From Balanoglossus misakiensis (Eukaryota; Animalia; Hemichordata): a stretch of 64,000 nt of DNA. A program made the translations under genes and the position numbers. Position 1 is the stretch's first letter. The number at the start of each line of letters is the position of its first letter. Positions 24,547 to 35,550 of this stretch are shown here, piece after piece. The stretch is taken from contig CM082587.2 of NCBI GenBank assembly GCA_040954595.2, positions 1,452,900 to 1,516,899 on the forward strand, read 5' to 3'. The notes beneath the pieces were generated by a model, which saw only the letters and a program-made list of their open reading frames with translations, was not told the DNA's origin and made no database searches.

Positions 24547-25655
24547 GAACAACTTTATTTGGAATTGGTGTAAATTCAACATGCGCTGGTCTTTTTGAAA
24601 TAAATATTAAGCACAACTGTGTTGAAAGTGAAGTGTTCGTTGTTGGCTGTCTTTTCTATGAGTGCTTTTTAGTAGCATTGTAAAGTTTTTCTGCCAAAGC
24701 AGTTTTGTTGACAAAGAGAATGAAGATTTACTCAGGTTTGATGGATCATGTAGGTTGCGTCAAATAATAATTAACCAAGTACATGCCAGGCTATCTTCAT
24801 GTATAAAACAAGTGACATGGTCTGGTTGAACATCACAGCAATACATACAAGCATAAAGTGCAGGGGATTGGAATTGGGATCTGTTTGAGGGGGGGGGGGG
24901 GGGGGGGGTTGCCCATTTAATAACTTTTTCTGTCTTACATACTAACAATGATATGAAGTACACATAAATTTATTTTTATCTAGGAAAAGTACATTGAGAA
25001 AATCAAAGTGAAAATTTCAAAATCGAAATTTAAAAGCCATTGAAATCAAAGTATTCATGTACTGCGAATGTCACACTGGAGAAAATATGCAAATGACTAA
25101 CTGAGGTGGCCATTGTCTGTTGAAAGTTAACATGTAAATTTCCTTTGTTCTCTCATTAGAAAAAATCAATATCTTTTTGACTAAACAGGTGTTTCAAGTG
25201 CCCCTGTTTTACTTCAAGCTTTTCTAGTTCTGCATGGCTGGTTCTGCTATTGCTTGAACAGTTTATGAAATTCGTAATTCCTCTCTCAATAATGCATGAT
25301 TTTTAAAATCATTTGGAATGGTAATTGACAATGAGTTTCACCTTAAAAGTACGGTCTCAAAATTTGTATTGGTGGTCTACAATTCTCTCTACACATGTGA
25401 ACTATGCCTGGTTTGACTGAGGATCTCTGATGGTACTGTGGAACTCCAGTGGAGTAAATGCAAGTTGTACTAAAGGTACGTTTTTGACCGAACACAAAAT
25501 TTCTTGGAATGTAAAGTGCAAGTGTAACATTGAGCTTGTAGAATTGCACATGGTAATGTAGTGTAATGGTTGATAACATTTGCTGTGACTACAAGAAGCA
25601 TGCCAATTGTATCTTGAAATCACCTGCATTGGTTGTTCAATTGTGGCTGCCTTAA

Positions 25656-25988
25656 AAATAGGTTTTCACTTTGCGCTAGGGGGTCAATCCCATTGCATTC
25701 TGGTTAAAAAGTCGACAACCCACTGTAGTAAGAGATAGAAGAAATGATATGTTTACTGTATTTCGTGACTTCCTTTGGTCAAACATGTCTGTCTTTGTAG
25801 TTACCATATTAAACTCATTAAACTTTTTTCACATTTTGTTATTTTTTCTGTTAAAAAGTTTCAGAATGACCCATCATCACTTTAGCTTATGAACTCCTAT
25901 TCCTTAAACATGGCAAAAATCGGCCATCTTGAAATTGTGTCGACCATGTGAGATTTTTATCACCCACCTAGGTAGCCAAAACCTATTT
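25656..25988. mobile_element. Probable MITE, about 330 bp
   Basis: Terminal inverted repeats AAATAGGTTTT...CTAGG and CCTAGG..AAAACCTATTT around a non-coding interior. Confidence 0.5.
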
Positions 25989-26216
25989 CAGGTCAGGAGA
26001 ATTGACCAAGTAGATTCATAATATCAGGTCATGTAGGGTCATCAAAATGACCAGTTCCAGCCAGTCTTGCCAATCATACAAGTAAGTTGCCCACAAGCCA
26101 TTCAAAATATATTCATTTTGCATATATTTGATTACTATTACAACTTATATATAGCCATGACTGGGGGAAACATCATGAATTTCAAACCCAGGTTGATAAG
26201 ACGAAATCCGTTTGAC

Positions 26217-29200
26217 TTATTTGTTTTTCTGGATGTATTCATCGATGACTTTTTCCAACACAGAGATTGGCACGGAACCACATCTCAGAAATGCCTCGTG
26301 GAAACCTCTTACATCAAACTTGTCACCTGTAAAACAACATACAAATTTCTGAAAAATATGCCATTGCAACCTATAATTTAAATGTAAAAATCTCAGTGTT
26401 AATTGAAACTTGAGGCTCACAGTGTATGGTTAAAAACTGATTAAATTACCAAGTTCCTTCAGTGATTTCTCCCTCAACTCTTTGATCTTCAGTTCTCCAA
26501 TTTTATACCCGCATGCCTGTTATGGTGTAAAGGTGACGGGTGTTAGAAGATAATTTGTGCGTAGTCATTATTTTGAGATATTTCGGCAAGATCTGAATGG
26601 ATGTATGATCAACTGTAATGTCCTCCACTCTGCTCAGTACCAAATGTTTCATCATACACATTTATAAAGAGGATGGTTCTAGTGCATGCTGGAAAAAAGG
26701 TCCACACTGAAATATGAAATGGTTTCATGTACCTGCCCAGGCCATGTAATATATCTGTCAATTTCAGATACAATATTGTGAAATCCCATTGCTGTATTTT
26801 CTTGCAGATATTTGATGGCTTGGTCCCGAGTCCATCCAAGTGCATGCATTCCGGTGTCTACAACCAACCGGCAACCTCGGAGTATCTCCATGGAATATCG
26901 ACCAAACCTGTGAATTGTTTTCATGGTTAGTGTTTAAAGTAAGTGTCTATAAATGTCATAATTGTATACTTTTCAACACACTTAGAAAAATAACTCTACA
27001 AGAGTATACTTACCGGGGATATGGATCTTTGTACAGACCCATTTCTTCACCAAGGTATTCACTATACAAGCCCCAGCCCTGCAAAATGAGATTTCATGGT
27101 TGCAATTTCTGATACCACAATTGGATTTCTTCTCCCTGGGAAATGTCTAGTCTTTGTGGTATGACAGAATGTTGGTTTATACCATCTTTGGTCTAAAGTC
27201 GATTACTACATATCTGATAGGACTTTGCCGATGGTTTAGTTTTGGAAGTCAACGTACCTCAATATACGCAGTGTTCATAGCAAAGCGTGACGGCATCTCG
27301 TAATAATGACGGTCTTCTAAATTTCGCCTAAATGCTGGCAAGTATCTCATCTCAACACTGAAAGCCCCTTGCAGGTGATGGCCAGGTTCACCCTCATGTA
27401 AACTCAGGGCCATCATTTCATATTTGGGTCTGCGTGAGTGTTAGAAGTGGGACTCAAAATTAACTACATGTACTAAGTATGCATACGGATACTATGTGAA
27501 ATGCACAACATCCTACCTCCACATATGAAGTGCACATTGGGAAATGAGATGGACAAGAATAAAACTTGAGATAGTCTGTATGGCGTTGGAATGATGGCAA
27601 AGAGCTGGTGATGGCTGTGCTGATCTGAAAATGGTGACCTGGTTCCCCTTCATGTAGCATTAGGGCACGCATTTCAAATTTAGGCCTGGAGGATATGAAT
27701 GGTATACAAACACACATGTCAGCCAACATGAAGTGGGTTGCAATGAAACAAATTTCAATTTCATGCAAGTAGGTACAAAGATACAGGAAATGCAAATACA
27801 TGGGGGTAAAAGCTTGCCCAGACATTCACCATTTTTAGTTAGCACATCAGCAGTTTCCATGGAAAGAAAGCAATCCCTGGGATTGTATCCTGAGAATGGA
27901 ATGGCACTGTCTGATATTTGTGTGTGTTCATATACTCACTGGGTTTTCATGTTGTTGCAATTGACAAAGATTGCCCCAGGTCGACTACCATCTTCTGATG
28001 GTCCATAATAATATGCAGCAGGTGAATTGGCTTCTTTCTCTGGTGTTGCTTTCAACCTGAAATCACAAACATCACGATGTCTAACTTGCTGTCTGTATGG
28101 TTTAACTTTCACTAGTGAATAAAAATGTATATAACTATCAAGACCTCTCAGGCAACAGAAAGATTTTCATGTCGGTATTTTAAAACTTGATGAATATACT
28201 TACAGCATATCCACCTTTGGTATATTCTGGAAATAATTTGGCAGCAATGGTCTGATTTGGTTTTCCACTATGTCCCTGTATCCACTCATCATATCCTCCT
28301 GTAAATAATTTAACAAACCAATCAAAATTGACCAAGATCTGCATAAATTCTACATGATCTCACATCCAGGAATTCTTGTGTAGGTTTCTCTGTCTGATTC
28401 ATGTATTTTGAAGATGCAAACAAATATCAAAATGGCATACCGGTAGTCAGGGAAGTGATTACCTTATTTTCAAAGTAGAATTGTTTATCAGATCGCAAAT
28501 GTTCTAAGAATGCTTTGAAATCTCCTTCAAAACCAACTTCTTTGATGACCTGTGAAGAAAACAACTATACTTTAAAAATTCATATATGATAGGGACATAA
28601 TCTAGAGCTTAAAACAGATTTACACAAAGACCTGTAGCGCAATGGAAAACAAGTTATTGTCAATATCCTCTCACCTTATCCATATTTTCTCTGATTCTCT
28701 TGACTTCCTTCAAACCAATGTCATGTACTTGTTGTGGAGTGAGATCACAGGTCATGTGATACTTCAGAGCCTGGGCATAATGATTGACACCATCCGGCAG
28801 TGAAGAACAAGCAATATTCGGCCGCAGATTCTTCAGATACTCCTAAAGTTAGAGTTCAAATTATGAAATGGTGGAACCGAAATTTCACAAGGCTTTGGGA
28901 TCACCAGAATGTGCAGACATCTGATTGGTTATTCTCACTCTGCACCAAGTATGTCATCAAATAGCTGACTGCTGACAAATAATGCTATTAGACAATTCTT
29001 AAGTTTAACTTACTTCAGACAGGAAGTTCTTCAGTTTTTCAAAAGCACCAAACAAATTTTCCTTTAACAGTTTTGTACCTTCTTGTTCGAGCTGTTGCTT
29101 TCTGTGGATTGAAGAAACAAGTCTTATTGGTTCATGATATCACAAAGAAAAATAATCTGTTTGTTCGTTCATTCATTCATTCATTCATTTATTCACTCAC

Positions 29201-31413
29201 ATTCTCCTTTCGCTGCCATCTTTGTCTTACCTGGCCTCAGCTATGTTGTCGAGTTCGCTCAGTTTGGTAAACGGTTCATAGAATCCAGATTCTTTCAGAT
29301 TTCCCTGTACAGTCTTATCAATCTGATCGACCACTCCTTTCTGTCAATCAAATAACCATGGCAACTGAATGTCACAAGCATCACTCTTATTGGACCTGAT
29401 TTGATGCCACATTGTCAAGAATAGGATAGCTTCAACATCAGGCCTTGCAAAATCACCATGATATAATATGGGCAAAGGTTGGCTATGGGGCTTATCATTG
29501 GGTACTACAAAGGGCAGGGGGTTGGGTGGGTTGTGATTGAGCCTAGCTTACCATTGAGTATTCACTGTTGGTTCTTCCTTCCTTTATTCCTTGTTTCATG
29601 AGAGATATGATGTCATCCATCTATTCATTAAAACAATGGTATAAAACTGTAAATGTCATCTCTATATTTTATAATGGGATCTTAGTACATAGCAATTTTG
29701 CAGTGGGTCCTAAAACTCAAGCATATTGACCAGAGCACAGTTCCAAACCTTCTAATGAAATTTATGTTGCATTTTACATCATTATACCATTCCGATATCA
29801 TTTTTAAACCAATGCCATATGATCAGAATTTATGGACTCCACAATGTGTGTACAAAGACAATGATAAGCTTAAAAGAGATGGGAAATAACAGGTGTTCTA
29901 TCATCAAGTATCTTCTGATATGTGTATCTCTCTGACATGTTTCAACAAAACTTTTCTGAAATGTTTTACTTCTCATTTTGGAAAGTGCAATTTTTTTTTA
30001 TTCATATGGGTGATTGTATACCTGCTTGGGGAATTTCTTAAGTCTTGCCAGGTATTTTTCATAATCTTTTCCGTTTGCAAATATCATGTATGAGACAGTC
30101 TTCTCAAAATCCAGGTGTTGGCCTTCCATGAAATTGATTGGATACAGATAACTGAAATAGTAAAAGCCTAATATGAGTTGAGCCATCCACGAAACTTTCT
30201 TTAACAACTGAAATTTGTCGTTTGAGGGCGCTCTTTCCATGGGATCGTGTACATGTATTAAATCTATCCGTCTTAGGTTGTATCATTCCTTAAAATGACA
30301 TCACAGTGTAAAGGGTAAACAGTACTTCAAAACAGCATTTGCAAAACTCTGATAACATTTGCATAAATCACACTAGATGAACGAGAATGAACAAAAAGAC
30401 CAAAGCTAACAGTTGCACACAAGGTCATGATGGCAAGTTCATTACCATTTGTACTTCATCCCTTCCAAGTACATCTCCATTTCATTTTGCAACAAGGTCA
30501 AGTTCATCTTGTCATCATCATTCAACTGTGTCTTCTCCAAAGCCAAAACTTGGGATAAAAGTTTCTTGCAGTCATCCTGGGAAAAAAAAACGTTTTAGTC
30601 TTCATTAAGGTGCAAAACTCCTCCCAGTCTAATATGAAAGTCTGTTAAACTTAGAAGTAAGCCAAGTTGTGGAAGTCATTATGGATTTTGCATATTCATG
30701 CACTTTTGTGTTTATTTGTAATTCTTTTTGCCAGGTCAATCTTTAGAAGATATAATTGTGTTTCATTTTCACTTTCATTTTGTGGTTTTGATGTTGGATC
30801 TCTCAACTTGGTTCTGGTAATTGAGGTACAGGATGGTAATTTTACAAAGCATATCATTGAGTTTTGACATGCATGAACCCAGCATGTTTCCATAAAGTTA
30901 CTGATAGTGAAGCCAGCATGAGGCCAGTGGTGTCAAGCTATCATGGCTATACGCCCCCTGTCAATTTCTAGGGCTATCTGTACCATGTTGTGTTGTGTAA
31001 CTGTTGACAGTTTTGTGGTGTGGTGTTGTGTTGAAGTGTTTGGAGTGGTTGAGTTGCAACCTGAGCCCCATAGACAGGACTAGATAAAAAATATCCACTG
31101 ATAAGATTTCTGTCACTGATAACTGGCTAATATACCAACACATTATTTGTATTCCTAATCCTATTGATAAATGACCACACAACCTTTAGGTCTAGCTGCC
31201 ACGATTCATGATTACATGTACTCATTTACTGGACGAAGTGACGATGTGTACGATGCCTACCGTTCTCTTCTCATAAGCCCCCAGAGAAAGATCATCTAAC
31301 TGATCGTCGTAGTCATGGTAACCCGCCATAGTGGCGAATTCCGGGCTCTCCTGCAACCGCCATTCCCAGAAATCGTCTGCTAGCTTCCGCACAGCTGTCC
31401 TCTCATCCGACAT
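26217..31413 (-). CDS. DUF885-family putative metallopeptidase-like protein, about 15 exons with one duplicated exon pair
   Basis: [41 protein letters not shown]; [34 protein letters not shown]; [13 protein letters not shown]; [10 protein letters not shown]; YIEGWGLYSE; [17 protein letters not shown]; [18 protein letters not shown]; [17 protein letters not shown]. These are typical DUF885 motifs. Confidence 0.9.
27258..27429 (-). CDS. DUF885 alternative exon B (mutually exclusive)
   Basis: CAG|A CCC..GAG|GTACGT, 172 nt, phase 2 to 0. Encodes [57 protein letters not shown]. Confidence 0.88.
27517..27685 (-). CDS. DUF885 alternative exon A (mutually exclusive)
   Basis: CAG|G CCT..GAG|GTAGGA, 169 nt, phase 2 to 0. 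Encodes [56 protein letters not shown]. Confidence 0.85.
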
Positions 31414-34400
31414 ATTGACTCGTTGTATATGACCTGACTCACTAACTCTGTGGTGACCCTGAGCAACCCCGAGCCCAACCAACACGTGAGGGCGCTTTGA
31501 AATGAACATGTGTCAGCTTCGTCACCTTCGGCCAAAAACTCCGGTCCACCACCAAGTTCGCCACAAGCGGGGCGAATTTCTAATTCATTATGATGTAGAA
31601 TATGAAAAGCATTGTTGTTGACTTTTTTCCTTTAATGTCCAGCCAATCGAAGACAAAAAGCAGGTCCTAATACCCTACTTCAAAGATTTTCTCTCTCAGC
31701 AGATTTTTCCCCATTCAAGTTGACCCAATACCACTTATCTGCTGTAGACTCTTCCACCAGTAGCGGTCCAAATTTATCGAGAAAACAATTCATTTATGTC
31801 GTCTTCAAGATATGTCTGCTTATGAATTTGTTTCCCATTTCTTTTCTTGGTCAGTGTGTCGTCTGGAATATCAGAATGGTTGACGTTCATAGTCAGGACA
31901 GTCACACTTTTCCGAGTGTTTGGCTGAAGATTCAGACGGACAGAAGAATGCTGAGATACACTACTCAAACATTTCTCAGGTAGGAGCAAGTTTATTTCCA
32001 TGTAATTGATTAGGGCAGGTTTACTTCTGAGGAATTAATAATACACAGGTCATTTTAATAAACGGATGAGTGTATAGATATAAGGATGGAAGACACTGTC
32101 ACTAAGACTCTTCCAATAATTTAAGAACGTATTGACAAGATCATGTAATGTGTAGGATGCAACAGGTTGTTTTGGGTTGGAGAATTTACTTTAAATGTGC
32201 TATCTTTGGTGTTCAAACATGAAATTTGACGAATAATTTCGCCTGCATTGCTGGTTCGAAAGGCCCGACGAACATTAGTCAAATGTCAGCGGGTTGTTTA
32301 CAATTGCAAATTTCGTTTTATTTTCTGAACTTTCCCACGGATTTCCGTCTCAATGTTTTTCTGTAGTATTCCAACCACAAATTAAGTTCTTTGGGTATGG
32401 TCTGACCTTTGTACCGAGGTTTTTAAGCAAGTCCCAACTCGCGCCGTTGTTTATGATGATTTATGAGCCAGGCAATCCGTCCATTCTTGTTGAACAACGT
32501 TTTCAAAAGTTGTAAAATGACGAATGTACCGTTAAATTAAACAAGCAAGATCATTTTGTACTAGTAAACAGAAATAGTGAAACAAAAAGAAACGGACGGA
32601 TCACGGATAGATCGATGAATAGCTGATATGGTAAATGCAGATGTATAGATAGATAGGCAGAGAGAAACCCCTTTCTCTTTTTAGCCATCGATACAACTAC
32701 ATGACGGAAAGGGAAGCGAAAAGCTATCGTTCCAGCGCCCCTCTAGATCCTTCCGACTGAGGTACGGGGGAAACTTTACTTCAATCATTCAATCATGCCA
32801 CCCACCGCAGTGTTACATGTATTTTTGTCTCGATTGTGACCTTGACTGGTGTTGTCTGAGGTACATGTATGTCTCAGTCTCTCTGTCTGTTTGCCAGTCT
32901 GGCTGTCACGACCCGATAACCGCCCCATTCTTCTGCAAGGCCAAACACATGTATTACTGTTATCTGCTGGAGTACTTCTATGCAACATTCAAATCATTCC
33001 CCCTTGCTGGTGTAAACTGCATGAGAACCGAGGTTGTGAGAAAAGCAACGATGCGACATGTAAGGCCTTTTGCCGTGTCAATCGAGTCTCTTTCCACAAA
33101 ACGGCCGACGGGCATTTACACCGAGTGTCGAAAAGTCACCACCGGGAACTCTCATTCAATCGCGATCCGTTTCAATCGCATTGTGCGTCCATTTCGCGAT
33201 TTCTGGCACTCGTTATATCGAGAAACGCATTAGATTGTTCCCATGGAGCGGGCCACAAAAGCCAGTGCTCACATCACTGAGCAGCCATTGTGTTGTCCCC
33301 ACAATGGCTCAAATAAACCAGACAAAACAGTCCTACCCTCAGCTGCGATGTAGTAAACAAATACTACAAGCTGGATATTAGACCAACAGTGATAGATGCG
33401 ATCAAGGCGTGCAGACAAGGTATTCCGAGATGCAAACCGTTTTGAGGTGTCACAGTTTGAATCCCATGCGTCCAGATGGTACAAAATAGCACGACGTCAG
33501 ACTTGATGGCGAAAGTTAGGATGGTTTTGTTTGCTATAAACTATCGGCTCGAATAGCCTTTCAATCTGTTGGCTAGCAAATCCTCTCGGACATAAGTTCA
33601 AATTCTGAGCGCAATTAGCCTACCCCTGCATTGTACAATTTTGCAAAGCTTTGTCGTTAACTTATTCAAAAGGCCGATGTTACACGCAGTAAAATCATTA
33701 AAACCCTTATAAAAGTATATCCCGTTCACACCATAGCAGAAATGAAAAAGTACAGTGTTATTTTAGGTTGATGTATGTTTATTTGAAAGCACATTATAAT
33801 ATACATGATATTTTGGTGTCTAAACAGCACAGGAATTGATAATCGAAACATATGAACCAAAATATTCGGGAAATAGAAATATGAGTAAAGCGTTCAGCTT
33901 AGTCAGCTTTATTGAGTTTTTAATGGCAGATTTCACATCTTTCCGTCTGACACAAATTTCATTCGATTTGCCTTCTACTTGTCTCATATTTGTAGTTTCT
34001 CAATAGAAACCAAACCATAGCACATTACAACACAACAGCCTACCTGCAATTATCAACTTACCGCGTTTATGTGAAATACATGTAGATGTTACTACAGAAT
34101 GTACTTGTCAAGACATTCCTGAATCTATTTTCTTCGAATTCGCCACAGTTCCATTTTTTCACGGGTTATTATCCCCATATTATAAAAACATGATACTTTG
34201 AGAACAGTTGTGAAAATTCGAAGAAAAAGGGAGGAAACGAATCCGACTGTGAAAAGGTTAAGCTTACAAACCGCCGCCATATTGTGACACGGTGTTGTGT
34301 ATTTTTTTTCTCCATGAGAGAAAATGAAATTTACTGACTAAAACTGCCCGAATCGGTGGCCTTATAATATGACTCATTATCTATTCTCTGTTCCTTATTA

Positions 34401-35470
34401 AGACCCCCAAAATTGTTTGATTTGTACAAGCATCGTGAATCACCTATCCTGTCCAGTGCATGTGTCACTGTTCCTGTCCAGCTATTAATCATCACTAGCG
34501 CTTAGTATTAATACACAGTAGGTAAAAGCGATAGGCAGAATTATAACGAGTTGTCCACGTTTCCCAAATCATTCGAAGTAAAATTAAGATATGTGTGCGA
34601 ATGTCCTCCCCAAAAATCTCAAAGAAATATTAACTTTAACCCATATACACATTGTACACAGAAACTAGGGTGTACCTAATTCCGTGCGTAAAATTAATCA
34701 TGAAGTATTCGATTCTGCGCCGGTGTCCTTTATATAAAGTGTGTGCGATTCCAAACTGCAATTTGATAATGGGCTTGACAGGTCAACGTCGTTGATGCAA
34801 TGACCCCACGACAAACGGGTCGATACAATTGAAGTGAATTCCAATGTCATATTGTCTGTCAACTGTATTCTGCTGAAAATGAAGCCGTCACGTGCACCCA
34901 GTGGCAATTGCCATCTGCCAAAGCTTTTCTGTCCGTGAAAGAAAACGGTCTCGCAGTGTCCGAAGTGTCAATGCGTAAATGGCGGAACTTCAAGAATTTG
35001 AGCGTCTATTTATCGACGTTTTAAATTTTTATGGTGCAGTTTTGTTTCACCGTTTTTGCTAGGGCTGCGAAGCCTCTGCTGCAATAAGGGCGCAAACAGA
35101 CGAGGACGCCATTTTTCCTGAAAAAATACAAGTAATTCGTTGATGTAAGATGCAGATGGATTTAAAAATTCCTCTGAGCGCAACCCATTCCAGTCTCGCC
35201 CCCCATGCCTTTACTTCTGCCCACGCTAAACATGATCTGGACACTCGAGAAAATGGCCAAAAAATTAACAGAACATGTGCTAATGATCTTAAACGAGCAG
35301 ACATAAATGCGAATATATACCTTAAGTACCGATTTAGAAACGGGTCATTCTGTTAAATGTCTTCTTTCAAGTTTAAAGTTCATATAAGGATACTGTGACG
35401 TGTCACCTCTGTCCCAGGACTACTCAGGCCAATTCTGACAAGACGGTCAATTTGGTGGTCGTTCGATATC

Positions 35471-35550
35471 GCTACAGACGATCCGATTGGAAGTGTTGGA
35501 TTCGTACTTGTTATTCCCTATCCAACACTTGTTATCGGATGATCAGTAGC
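35471..35550. ncRNA. Candidate pre-miRNA-like hairpin (strand undetermined)
   Basis: GCTAC..ATCCGAT.AAGTGTTGGAT, an 18-nt loop, then ATCCAACACTT.ATCGGAT..GTAGC, giving a roughly 30-bp imperfect stem. I do not recognise it as a known miRNA family. Confidence 0.35.

Noticed and set aside
29200-29232. Alternative downstream GTGAGT donor in a DUF885 exon
   Set aside because: The extension contains an immediate in-frame TAA, so it cannot give a coding isoform.
32785-33484. Overlapping 100-140-aa ORFs in the GC-rich intergenic block
   Set aside because: No recognisable domain or splice structure. Several frames are open at once, as expected for GC-richer non-coding DNA.
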